Assembly: GCA_964473825.1 (NCBI GenBank)
Contig: CAYYQL010000004.1
Coordinates: forward strand, 64,001-128,000
DNA length: 64,000 bases
Reading direction: 5' to 3'
DNA from: an uncultured archaeon
Lineage (GTDB): Archaea; Asgardarchaeota; Thorarchaeia; Thorarchaeales; Thorarchaeaceae
Made by a program: the position numbers and the translations under genes. Below are positions 39,548-48,972 of this stretch, piece after piece. Every line of letters begins with the position of its first letter. Position 1 is the stretch's first letter. The notes beneath the pieces were generated by a model. That model searched no databases. It was not told the origin of the DNA and worked only from the letters and a program-made list of their open reading frames with translations.

Positions 39548-40186
39548 TCAACCGAGTCTGATGTCTAGTCCCTTCTCAAGAAGCGCGATTGCTAGAACAA
39601 CATCTTCCTCTGTGACGGTCTTGTCATCTATCTGGAGAACGATGTCACTAGAGGGATGACCCTCAAGAAACAGTATGACGGGGTCAAGAGATGTAGGCGC
39701 AGCCAGACTAAGCAAGGGTCCAGTTACCCCGTCGTAGTAGTCACCATATCCCAGAGGAATGTCCATTCTCTCTAATAGACGTCCTCCCTTCTTCGAGAGT
39801 ACTTGCCCACACGACGCAGCATCATGGTTCATCAGTCCAAAGACAAAACGACTAGGAACGTTCCCTCTCAGGTAGAACACCAAATCTGGTATCCATTCGT
39901 GATTCCGCACGAAGACATCTCCGAAGATTAGCATCAAATCACCTGCGGCAAGAGCATGGACAGGTACAACAGGCGGCTTCATATCTGAGGGATATCTATT
40001 CCACATTGAGAACGATGATGAATTGAAGACAAGCAGGGTTTCAAAGGAGTTGTCCTGGTAGATTCTCCGACAGACAGCCTGACCCAGAGGGTTCAGACCG
40101 AGAATTACAGAGTACTGCTCTTCGATGTCGCCTTTCTTGTAGACCTCAAGAATGGGGCTAATCCATTCCTGTTCGTATTCTGACAT
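39548..40186 (-). CDS. PAC2/proteasome assembly chaperone-like protein (divergent)
   Basis: ILGLNPLG, LMLIFGD, DGVTGPLL, LLEKGLDI pattern resembles the PAC2 fold; start MSEYEQ, ORF open to 40264. Confidence 0.5.
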   Translation of the reverse strand: MSEYEQEWISPILEVYKKGDIEEQYSVILGLNPLGQAVCRRIYQDNSFETLLVFNSSSFSMWNRYPSDMKPPVVPVHALAAGDLMLIFGDVFVRNHEWIPDLVFYLRGNVPSRFVFGLMNHDAASCGQVLSKKGGRLLERMDIPLGYGDYYDGVTGPLLSLAAPTSLDPVILFLEGHPSSDIVLQIDDKTVTEEDVVLAIALLEKGLDIRLG

Positions 40187-40360
40187 GAACTGGATCCCTG
40201 ACCTATCAGCACGCCAGCTCCTAATGACCCTTCGTATTCCGTGGATCCTTCGGAAGTTACTCACGGGCCGAATAGAGTCAGGATTGGGACGTTTCCGATT
40301 AATTTATGTGTCAGCTCGAAGCGCTCGAAGATGCCTAACACCAGATGGTGAGTGTGGTCC

Positions 40361-41707
40361 ATGGACAAATATATTGAAAGTGTAATAGAAGCAGTCAAGG
40401 TGAAAGACCCCGAGCAGAAAGTCTTTCATCAGGCTGTAACGGAAGTTTTGGAAACCTTGGAACCCGCCATCAAGAAGTTCCCCAAGTATAAGGAGAACGC
40501 TATTCTTGAACGAATCGTCGAGCCAGAACGTGTCATTCTCTTTCGCGTTCCATGGGTAGACGACGAGGGCGAGGTCCACGTTAATAGAGGTTACAGAGTT
40601 CAGTTCAATTCGGCAATCGGCCCTTACAAGGGTGGACTTCGTTTCCATCCAACTGTAAACCTGGGAGTTCTTAAGTTCCTCGGCTTTGAGCAGATATTCA
40701 AGAATAGCTTGACGGGATTACCGATGGGTGGTGGCAAAGGCGGTTCTGACTTCGATCCAAAGGGCAAGTCCGACTCAGAAGTAAGAATCTTCTGTCATAG
40801 TCTCATGCTTGAATTGAACAAGCATATCGGCCAATTCACAGATGTTCCTGCGGGCGATATCGGCGTTGGTGCGCGTGAGATCGGATACCTTTACGGCATG
40901 TACAGAAAGGTAACGAACAAGCACGGGACTTGCGTTCTAACCGGTAAGGGTCGAAACTATGGAGGGTCTCTAATCAGACCTGAAGCGACAGGTTACGGAA
41001 CTGTGTACTTCGTTAACGAGATGCTCATGACGAAGGGCGATGACCTCAATGGCAAAGTCGTCACAATATCTGGTGCGGGCAATGTTGCACAGTACGCAGC
41101 AGAGAAGTGCATCCATCTTGGCGCAAAGGTCATCACGATGAGTGACTCTGATGGCAACATCTATGATCCCGATGGTATTGACCGGGAGAAACTGGACTGG
41201 ATTATGGAGCTCAAGAATGTTCGTAGGGGGCGTATAAAGGAGTATGCCGAGGAGTTCGATGTTGAGTTCAACCCTCAGAGCAGCCCCTGGGGCCGCAAAT
41301 GTGACATCGCCTTGCCTTGTGCTACCCAGAACGAAGTAGACAAAGATGAGGCCATGGCCTTGGTTGATAATGGCGCCATCGCAATTGGTGAGGGAGCAAA
41401 CATGCCGCTGACACCTGCAGCCATTGAGATTGTGCAGGAAGCGGATGTACTGTATGCACCTGGCAAGGCTGCCAATGCTGGCGGCGTGTCAGTATCAGGG
41501 CTCGAGATGGCTCAGAACAGTATGCGCTACTTCTGGTCTCGTGAGGAGGTCGATCAGAAATTGCATCAGATCATGGTGAATATCCACCAGACCGCCTACG
41601 ATACTGCAAAGATGTTTGGCCAACCAGGTAATTATATGCTCGGCGCAAACATAGCTGGTTTCCTGAAGGTTGCTGATGCTATGATTGCCCAGAGCTATCT
41701 GATGTGA
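40361..41707 (+). CDS. gdhA: NADP-specific glutamate dehydrogenase
   Basis: GPYKGGLRFH, GGGKGGSDFDPKGKS, DVPAGDIG, RPEATGYG, GAGNVA, KAANAGGV. Confidence 0.97.
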   Translation: MDKYIESVIEAVKVKDPEQKVFHQAVTEVLETLEPAIKKFPKYKENAILERIVEPERVILFRVPWVDDEGEVHVNRGYRVQFNSAIGPYKGGLRFHPTVNLGVLKFLGFEQIFKNSLTGLPMGGGKGGSDFDPKGKSDSEVRIFCHSLMLELNKHIGQFTDVPAGDIGVGAREIGYLYGMYRKVTNKHGTCVLTGKGRNYGGSLIRPEATGYGTVYFVNEMLMTKGDDLNGKVVTISGAGNVAQYAAEKCIHLGAKVITMSDSDGNIYDPDGIDREKLDWIMELKNVRRGRIKEYAEEFDVEFNPQSSPWGRKCDIALPCATQNEVDKDEAMALVDNGAIAIGEGANMPLTPAAIEIVQEADVLYAPGKAANAGGVSVSGLEMAQNSMRYFWSREEVDQKLHQIMVNIHQTAYDTAKMFGQPGNYMLGANIAGFLKVADAMIAQSYLM

Positions 41708-41719
41708 GAAAACAGGACT

Positions 41720-41757
41720 GAGACCCATTGGGGTCTCTTCCTCCTGCTTTGTTTCCG
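41720..41757 (+). terminator. Hairpin terminator after gdhA
   Basis: gagaccc-attg-gggtctc followed by a pyrimidine tract; lies between convergent genes. Confidence 0.6.
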
Positions 41758-41774
41758 CTCTCGGAAACCCGCTT

Positions 41775-42377
41775 CTATTTCTTTATGATGTCAAGAAGTT
41801 CTCCAAGCCTACCCTTGACATCGGTTTCCAGTGTCCTGAGCTCTGCAAGCCGGCGAATCTGGTCAACTCGTGCCTTTCTGTAATCTACATCAGAAACCTT
41901 TCCGTTTCTTCGCCTAATCTCCAGTTCATCCATCTCTGATGTGATCTCTCTCCGCTTGTCCATGATAAGATCGAAACCTTGTTTCAGTGACATCCATTCA
42001 ATCATCGCATGGGCCTTTTCTTGCTCGATTCTTTCTCTTCGTCTTCTCTCGTTCTCTTGTTCCTTGAGCCGCTTGTTGGCGTTTCTAATCTCGCGTTGTA
42101 TATTATAGAGCCGCGCCTCAACCTCTCGCTTGACTTGGACCATCTGGGTGGACTGTAACCATTTCTCGCGGTACTTCTCGTTGTGCTCTTTATCGGATAT
42201 CTTCTTCTTCTCAAGCTGGCTATCCAGCTCATTGAGCTCGTCTTGGACAGCAGACAGATTCTCTTGGATCTCCTTGTAGGACCTTCTCAGGGCTACCCAT
42301 TCAACAGAGTACTGTGAAAGCACTTCTTTCGGATCAAGGTAGAGGTAGTCATCGGGAACATCTTGACCATGACTCAT
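41775..42377 (-). CDS. Coiled-coil protein with internal duplication (CdvA-like helical motif)
   Basis: EWVALRRSY...ELDSQLEKKKISDKEH and EWMSLKQGF...ELEIRRRNGKVSDVDY. Confidence 0.7.
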   Translation of the reverse strand: MSHGQDVPDDYLYLDPKEVLSQYSVEWVALRRSYKEIQENLSAVQDELNELDSQLEKKKISDKEHNEKYREKWLQSTQMVQVKREVEARLYNIQREIRNANKRLKEQENERRRRERIEQEKAHAMIEWMSLKQGFDLIMDKRREITSEMDELEIRRRNGKVSDVDYRKARVDQIRRLAELRTLETDVKGRLGELLDIIKK

Positions 42378-42530
42378 TGTCGCTGTTCTCCAGTCATTTC
42401 AACAAGTCCTTTCTGTTGGTATTAAGGTATTCTCATCCGGACATGGAACTGAATCTCGGTGTTTCAACAGCGACGTTCCGTGTCGCAAGACCTAAGAATC
42501 CGTTTGTTGGTGAAAGTCAAGTGAAAGGCA

Positions 42531-43598
42531 ATGCACTTGAAGATAGAGCGCGCATCAGATGATGAACTCAAGGAGAAGCCACCAGATCCAATGAACCTGC
42601 CTTTTGGGTCTGTCTTCACTGACCATCTGCTTATCATGGAATATTCTGACGGGAAGTGGCACCAGCTCAGAATTGAACCTTATCACTCGCTACAACTTGA
42701 CCCTGCAGCCATGGTTCTACACTATGGCCAAGGAATCTTTGAGGGAATGAAGGCATATCGAAGGGATAATGAGATCTACCTCTTCCGTCCAGAAATGAAC
42801 TTGAAGCGTCTCAATTCATCTGCTGAGAGAATGGTCATTCCGCCCGTCGACACAGAAAGAGTGCTTGAAGCAATGAGGGAGCTGCTCCGCGTTGAGCGGG
42901 AATGGATTCCAGAAGAGAAGGGAACCTCCCTCTACATGAGGCCGACAATAATAGCAAGCGAGCCTAAGTTAGGGGTTCGTCCGTCTCATGAGTACTTCTT
43001 CTACGTCATCCTGAGTCCTGCTGGACCCTATTTCAGAGAGGGGTTCAATCCGATAAGCGTGATGGTTTCACAGGAATATGTACGGGCAGTACGAGGCGGA
43101 GTTGGACATGCCAAGACAATGGGCAACTACGCGGCAAGCCTTTTTGCAAACATGAAATCCACCAAGGCCGGCTTCTCGCAGACTCTCTATCTCGACGCCA
43201 TCGAACGGAAGTACATCGAGGAATGTGGAACGATGAATGTGTTTGTGCGATTTGAGGACGAACTTGCAACCCCCCCTCTAAATGACACAATCCTTCCAGG
43301 AATTACACGGGACTCGGTAATCCAGCTTGGAGAAGAATGGGGATACAAAGTGAGTGAAAGAAGAATATCAATTCATGAAATCATCGATGGGATCAAGACA
43401 GGAAGAGTGCTTGAAGTTTTTGGCACAGGGACTGCTGCCATAATCGCTCCAATCGGAGTCATCGGTTACAATGGAGAGAAGTATCAAGTGGGAAAGGGAG
43501 ATGTTGGAAACCTTTCTCGACGCCTTTTCGATGAGATCACGGGACTGCAAAGAGGGCTGGTGGAGGATAGGCATGGCTGGGTGGAGAACTTCACCTAG
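42531..43598 (+). CDS. ilvE: Branched-chain amino acid aminotransferase
   Basis: LHYGQGIFEGMKAY, SLYMRP, AKTMGNY, EECGTMN, ILPGITR, GTAA. Confidence 0.95.
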   Translation: MHLKIERASDDELKEKPPDPMNLPFGSVFTDHLLIMEYSDGKWHQLRIEPYHSLQLDPAAMVLHYGQGIFEGMKAYRRDNEIYLFRPEMNLKRLNSSAERMVIPPVDTERVLEAMRELLRVEREWIPEEKGTSLYMRPTIIASEPKLGVRPSHEYFFYVILSPAGPYFREGFNPISVMVSQEYVRAVRGGVGHAKTMGNYAASLFANMKSTKAGFSQTLYLDAIERKYIEECGTMNVFVRFEDELATPPLNDTILPGITRDSVIQLGEEWGYKVSERRISIHEIIDGIKTGRVLEVFGTGTAAIIAPIGVIGYNGEKYQVGKGDVGNLSRRLFDEITGLQRGLVEDRHGWVENFT

Positions 43599-43669
43599 AT
43601 GAGCGGCCTCTCAATGACCTCTTTAGTAACCTTTTTTGCGTGTAAGTAAGATGACAGCAGGTCTGCGAG

Positions 43670-44167
43670 GTGCCATATTTGGCAAAACAACTCATAGTTG
43701 ATTATACAAAATGCACAGGCTGTCGCATCTGCGAGCTTGCATGCTCTGCAAAGCAAGAAGGTGTTTTCCAGCCGAGCTTGGCCCGACTGAAGATTGTGAA
43801 ATATGATGACTTAGGCATTGATGTGCCCAATGTCTGCGGGCCCTGTGAGGCGGCACCGTGTGTAGATGTCTGTCCTGTCTACGCGATGCGACGTGATCCA
43901 ATCACAAAGATGGTCTACCTCGATGAAGACAAATGCATCTTGTGCAAGTCGTGTGTTGGTGTGTGTGTGAATGGCGTGATACGATTGGACACCGGGTCTA
44001 TGAGGATTATCAAGTGCAATCATTGTGACGGTGATCCTGAGTGTGTCAAGATGTGCCCCACGCACGCGATTACCTATGGAACACCTTCCCAGTCTGCAGT
44101 TGCAGACCGTCATGAGAAGATGGCAAAATACCTGAACGAGGTCAGAAGAACTGCTGAGGCGCAGTAA
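43670..44167 (+). CDS. 4Fe-4S polyferredoxin (AOR partner subunit)
   Basis: Four cysteine clusters: CTGCRICELAC, CGPC..PCVDVC, CILCKSCVGVC, CNHC..PECVKMCP. Confidence 0.92.
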   Translation: MPYLAKQLIVDYTKCTGCRICELACSAKQEGVFQPSLARLKIVKYDDLGIDVPNVCGPCEAAPCVDVCPVYAMRRDPITKMVYLDEDKCILCKSCVGVCVNGVIRLDTGSMRIIKCNHCDGDPECVKMCPTHAITYGTPSQSAVADRHEKMAKYLNEVRRTAEAQ

Positions 44168-44182
44168 TGCTGGAGGCTTTGA

Positions 44183-46075
44183 ATGCAACTAGGTGGATAT
44201 CAGGGCCGAATCCTTCGCGTGAATCTGAGTGAAGAGAGAGTCTGGGTAGAGAACCTGCCTAAAGACTGGATTGAAGACTATATCGGTGGTGATGGCTTCG
44301 CAGCTCGTCTGCTCTACGAAGAAGTTCCGGGCAGAACGGACCCCCTCTCTCCCGATAACAAGCTGATAATCGCAACGGGCCCGATAACTGGAACGCTATG
44401 GCCCATGAGTGGGCGGACAGTGTTCGTGTCAAAGGCTGCACAGACTGGCATTTGGGGTGAGAGTCATGTTGGCGGTTTCCTGGGTCCAGAGCTGAAATAC
44501 GCAGGTTATGACTTGCTTGTTGTAGAAGGTGCCGCCGAGAAGCCTGTCTATATCACAGTTGAGGACTCCTTGACTGAGATAAGAAGCGCGGACGAGTTCT
44601 GGGGGATGAAGACTGATGAAGCAACAGAGGCCATCAAGAAACACCACAGGGACTCGGACATGCAGGTCGCGGCCATCGGCCCTGCGGGAGAGAAGCAGGT
44701 CAGGTTCTCCTCAATCATTGTGAATCATGCAAGGGCCGCCGGTCGAAGCGGGATGGGTGCTGTACTTGGTTCGAAGAATGTGAAGGCTATCGGAATCCGC
44801 GGTCATGGCAGGGTGAGTGTTGCCCATCATGATGAATTCGTGGAGCTGGCCAAGAAGGCTCACAACCGAGTGAGAACGAACCCTCAGGCTCAGGAGATGC
44901 ATCGGTGGGGGACCTGGATTCTTACGGCGGTCAAGCAAGAAATAGGCGAGCTGCCCACCTTCAATCATAGGACTGGGGTCTTTGAGGGATGGGAAAGTCT
45001 TAGTGGGGACCACATTCGCCCTCGGTATACGGTTTCGGACCGGGCCTGTTTCGGTTGCAGTCTGGGATGCAAGAAGGTGAACTATGTTCGGTCTGGTCGT
45101 TATGCCGGCACACTGGAAGAGGGTCCAGAATATGAGGGACTGATGGCATCTGGAAGTCTTCTGGGTATCTCGGATTATCCCACAACTCTGAAGGCTAATG
45201 AGATATGTAACCAGTATGGGATGGATATAATCTCCGCAGGGGCGACTATTGCATTTGCAATAGAGGCCTTTGAAGAAGGACTCATTGATGTCAATACCAC
45301 AGGAGGGCTTGAGCTGAGATGGGGGGATTCGGAAACGGTCATCAGACTTCTAGAGATGATAGGACGAAGGGAGGGATTCGGGAAGACGCTCTCCCTTGGT
45401 TCGAAACGTGCAGCCGAAGAGATTGGTGGTGGAACCGAACGTTATGCGATGCATGTCAAGGGTCTTGAGATATCTGGCCAAGATGGCCGTACGCATAGAA
45501 GCATAGGTCTAGCTCATGCTACAGGTGCTAGAGGTGCAGATCACCTGAGAAGTCTTGTCACAGTAGATCAACTTGGATATGAGGACGTTGCCGCCGAGCG
45601 GTGGGGCGCCGACAAGCTGCCAGAGATCATCAATCCTTACACTGAGAAGTACAAGGCTGCAGCTGTTGTTGAGACCGAAAACGCGTACTGCTTGCGCGAC
45701 ACACTCATCGTTTGCTGGTATTCGGTATCTTGGCCGCCTATCTTCTGGGTAGAGGATTTTGCTGAGGTGCTACCTCTCGCCACAGGAATCGAGTCTCTGG
45801 GAGATATTGGTCATCTGACAGAGATTGCTGAACGCCAAGTCACACTCAAGAGGCTCTTCAATGCCAGAGAGGGAATAACACGGGAGGATGATGCCTTACC
45901 GGACCGGTTCACAAAGACACCAATGCCCGAGGGGCCAGGAAAGGGAGAGATGGTAAATCTTGACCCTATGTTAGATGATTACTATAGGCTGAGAGGCTGG
46001 GACCGTGAAACGGGTCTTCCAACTGATGAGACCATCGACCGACTAGGTCTATCATGGACCAGAGAGTATCGATAG
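44183..46075 (+). CDS. aor: Tungsten-dependent aldehyde:ferredoxin oxidoreductase family
   Basis: YIGGDG, IGPAGE, GRSGMGAV.GSKN, CFGCSLGC, GPEYE, GMDIIS, RGADH, YYRLRGWD. Confidence 0.93.
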   Translation: MQLGGYQGRILRVNLSEERVWVENLPKDWIEDYIGGDGFAARLLYEEVPGRTDPLSPDNKLIIATGPITGTLWPMSGRTVFVSKAAQTGIWGESHVGGFLGPELKYAGYDLLVVEGAAEKPVYITVEDSLTEIRSADEFWGMKTDEATEAIKKHHRDSDMQVAAIGPAGEKQVRFSSIIVNHARAAGRSGMGAVLGSKNVKAIGIRGHGRVSVAHHDEFVELAKKAHNRVRTNPQAQEMHRWGTWILTAVKQEIGELPTFNHRTGVFEGWESLSGDHIRPRYTVSDRACFGCSLGCKKVNYVRSGRYAGTLEEGPEYEGLMASGSLLGISDYPTTLKANEICNQYGMDIISAGATIAFAIEAFEEGLIDVNTTGGLELRWGDSETVIRLLEMIGRREGFGKTLSLGSKRAAEEIGGGTERYAMHVKGLEISGQDGRTHRSIGLAHATGARGADHLRSLVTVDQLGYEDVAAERWGADKLPEIINPYTEKYKAAAVVETENAYCLRDTLIVCWYSVSWPPIFWVEDFAEVLPLATGIESLGDIGHLTEIAERQVTLKRLFNAREGITREDDALPDRFTKTPMPEGPGKGEMVNLDPMLDDYYRLRGWDRETGLPTDETIDRLGLSWTREYR

Positions 46076-46084
46076 GGCCGCCCC

Positions 46085-47041
46085 TCAGAATCTTTCGTAC
46101 TCAACACGGTGGGTCGATCCGCACGATGGACAGGCATATTGATCAGGCCCAGTCCAGTCTATAGATTCCCAAGACATTGGTGCATTGCAGTTTGTACACC
46201 TATCTCTTATCACTGGTTTTACGTAAACGGTCGTTCCAGGGCTAGAAGATGCTGCTGCCTGGAAGTCTTGGTGACTCTCTTTTGCAACCTGCGATGGGCC
46301 CTCCGCCATGTCGCTATAGGTATACTGCGATAAGGGATGGCGTGGCTGAATATAGCTGAACGGTCTGATTAGCCAGTCCAGATGTTCCTTTGGGACATTG
46401 TTCCACAAACGTTGCTGCCACAATTTCAGAAGATGATCCTGCCTCGGAACCTTTCCTCGGATATCAAATTTACCACTGGTCGCTTGGATTTTGAGTCGAT
46501 CTCTCTTCGCTTCGAAAGTCTCCACCATGTGCAATGGAAACATATACAGTTTCTTACGCTTGGAGTCATACTGGTAGAGTCGGTAGTTGGTTAGAATGAA
46601 ACTGTCTGGCCAATAGGTGAAAACTTCCTCTCCCTTCAGCCAAGCGAACTCTTTGTAGAAGTGCTTTGAGAATGGACGGTGGTAGCCAACTGTTATCCAA
46701 CGATTATAGGGGTGGTCGGGGTGGACGAAAGGCACGCCGCATACTTCGCACAGCTTCCTCTGGTCGCCCATCCTAAGCTTATCGAACTCCCTGAGCCCGA
46801 GAGCTCCTCTGATTTCATCGCTCCGGGGCATGGCCCCTATCACATTCACAATCCCATTGATGACTTTGAACATGGCTGACTTCGGCGTCAACTTGTACTC
46901 TGTAATCATATGTAGAGGTATACTCGTGCTGGTTCCCGAACCTCTATCATTCTGGATGTATCTGAAGTTGCTGATGATGTATTCACTGCTCTCAGCGATA
47001 ATACGCTCGCCTTCTATGGGTATGTAGACTAGATTTGGCAA
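46085..47041 (-). CDS. Hypothetical protein: two PH/GRAM-like domains plus zinc ribbon
   Basis: Duplicated IISNFR...IPLHMI / ILTNYR...FPLHMV units; CTNC...CPSC C-terminus. Confidence 0.65.
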   Translation of the reverse strand: MPNLVYIPIEGERIIAESSEYIISNFRYIQNDRGSGTSTSIPLHMITEYKLTPKSAMFKVINGIVNVIGAMPRSDEIRGALGLREFDKLRMGDQRKLCEVCGVPFVHPDHPYNRWITVGYHRPFSKHFYKEFAWLKGEEVFTYWPDSFILTNYRLYQYDSKRKKLYMFPLHMVETFEAKRDRLKIQATSGKFDIRGKVPRQDHLLKLWQQRLWNNVPKEHLDWLIRPFSYIQPRHPLSQYTYSDMAEGPSQVAKESHQDFQAAASSSPGTTVYVKPVIRDRCTNCNAPMSWESIDWTGPDQYACPSCGSTHRVEYERF

Positions 47042-47117
47042 CTTGGGATGCTCCAGACTTCTTTATTCAATCATGTTCTAGCTGTAGGAGAGGCCTATAA
47101 AGATTCATGGTGAGTCT

Positions 47118-47333
47118 TCACTGTTGTCTTGGAATCGATATGTATAGAATGTCCTCATAGGCAAGAATACCGTATCCTGATGGATTCTCTAGCTTGACAT
47201 AGTCCTCATCGATTTCACTGACTCGTACATTGGGTATCTTGGCGAGTGTATCCTTTTGCATATACTTGAGATAGATTGTGAAAGTCTGTCCCTTGCTCTT
47301 CAGATCTTGAAATATAGACATCCAGTTAGGCAT
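47118..47333 (-). CDS. Small hypothetical protein, possible Sm-like beta-barrel
   Basis: Helix plus five short strands (KGQTFTIYL, VSEIDEDYVKL, ILAYEDILYI); ggagga SD. Confidence 0.65.
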   Translation of the reverse strand: MPNWMSIFQDLKSKGQTFTIYLKYMQKDTLAKIPNVRVSEIDEDYVKLENPSGYGILAYEDILYISIPRQQ

Positions 47334-47376
47334 TCGTGTGGTCCTCCAGTTTTGTCTAATGCGTGAGTTTTTCCAT

Positions 47377-47850
47377 TTAACACTTGCCTAAGATGGCGTC
47401 GGCGTGACTGACAACAACGCCTGTGATTCCCAGACCCTCCAGGATAAGTAGCAGCTCCTTCTGAACGTCGCCTCCATCCAAGTATCTGAAGAGGTGTGTA
47501 GCACATCCTGTTCGACAGTCCGATGATCCGAACCCAACTGGTCCCTTTTCGAATTGAGATTGTTGTCCGATTGCTTGAGCAAGAACACACTCGGTTTTCT
47601 CTTCAGTCTCTGAATAGATCGCGAAGCTTGGCAGCAATCCACCGTCGAGGAGGTAATCGATATGCCAATGCGTCTTCTTGTTCCTGGAGAAATGGCGTGC
47701 TATTCTTTTTTCGATACTTGTGGAACCTGCGCCCATTGCCGACCCGACGTAGACCCAAAATCCTTCCTGGAATTCATGAGGGCCAAGTGCCCCAACATCT
47801 CTGAGCGTGGTTTCTTTGATGTGCATTACTAAGAGATAGACGCCCCTCAT
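47377..47850 (-). CDS. GIY-YIG (DUF123/Uri) nuclease family
   Basis: GVYLL, YVGSA, RIARH, HWHIDYL, FGSSDC..C.THL. Confidence 0.92.
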   Translation of the reverse strand: MRGVYLLVMHIKETTLRDVGALGPHEFQEGFWVYVGSAMGAGSTSIEKRIARHFSRNKKTHWHIDYLLDGGLLPSFAIYSETEEKTECVLAQAIGQQSQFEKGPVGFGSSDCRTGCATHLFRYLDGGDVQKELLLILEGLGITGVVVSHADAILGKC

Positions 47851-48890
47851 ACACGATACTCTCCTTTGTCATTGTGGTTGTGCAATATCGGTTTCAAGAT
47901 GGATTTGACGTACTGAATTGATTGCCCTGGCGTAAGCACGTTTGCTTGAGTTTCTCTAAGGACGCGGTAGATTGACGGTCGTATTCCCTTCCAACCCTTT
48001 TCGTGAATGCATCGAACAAGCGAGCAGCCGAATCGTATCGGTTCTGCTTTGAAACCCTTCTTCTTGCATAGCAATCGTGTGTTGTACTTTGTCAGAGCAA
48101 GTGCTGCAGGAAGATGAACCAACAACATCCCATCTCTCCAAACAAGCGACTGCCGTCCGGTCGGTAAGAGCTCTCCAGTCACCAATGTATCAAGACCATG
48201 AATCTTCGCTGCCTCTAGGGCTTCGCTGATAATCAGGCCATGGCAATCCCCACAAGGATGGATTCTGCCCTCCAGTGTCCGTTCGATTACCTCTCGAAAC
48301 TCCGAGGAGCCCTTGACCACTACTTGCCTGCAGTCAAGCCCTCTGCAAATATCTGATGCGCGGCGTTGGGAAAGGTCGTTCTCATGCTCTTCTAACAGCT
48401 CAACAGTGACTCCTACTGGTCTAAGCCCCATCTCTTTAAGCAGAATCATGGTTGCACAGCTGTCCACTCCACCCGAGAGAGCAACGGCGGGTGTTGATCC
48501 TTTAAGCGTGGGAAAACCGTAAACCTGCTCCCTCTCCAGGCGTTTCTCAATCGCTTCTTTGAGGCGGTGCAGAAAGGCCTTGTGATTCGCGCTCAAGTCT
48601 TTCCAGATTTCCTCAATTCTCACCATGGTTGTGTGCAATCTGTGTCTATGGATAATTTCATCCTCTATTGCCACAACAGTGATATGTTTCTGCAACTCCT
48701 GAGCAAGCCGAGCGACGATACTGCCGCCTGGTCCCAGGCACATGCTTTTCTCTGCCCTATCGGGTACAACTATCTCGATGGCATCAGATTCTCGAGTTCT
48801 GATGGCTGAGATTCTTGGTTGGACTCCTCTATCTAGATCCTGCTCTTCTCGTATCCTTACAAGCGATTCTTCTATTGACTCGACATCCAT
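47847..48890 (-). CDS. KH-domain plus PP-loop ATPase (conserved archaeal family)
   Basis: DRAEKSMCLGPGG (KH-like), ALSGGVDS, HPCGDCH, FGCSL. Confidence 0.85.
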   Translation of the reverse strand: MDVESIEESLVRIREEQDLDRGVQPRISAIRTRESDAIEIVVPDRAEKSMCLGPGGSIVARLAQELQKHITVVAIEDEIIHRHRLHTTMVRIEEIWKDLSANHKAFLHRLKEAIEKRLEREQVYGFPTLKGSTPAVALSGGVDSCATMILLKEMGLRPVGVTVELLEEHENDLSQRRASDICRGLDCRQVVVKGSSEFREVIERTLEGRIHPCGDCHGLIISEALEAAKIHGLDTLVTGELLPTGRQSLVWRDGMLLVHLPAALALTKYNTRLLCKKKGFKAEPIRFGCSLVRCIHEKGWKGIRPSIYRVLRETQANVLTPGQSIQYVKSILKPILHNHNDKGEYRV

Positions 48891-48972
48891 GGTCTAATCT
48901 AGGATTTCTCTTTCATAAGGCTCACTGATTGCCGATATCATCATAAGCATTGGCTAATATCTATCGATAGCG

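Noticed and set aside
47377-47850. Homing endonuclease or mobile element
   Set aside because: DUF123-type housekeeping GIY-YIG in an operon; no intron, intein or terminal repeats
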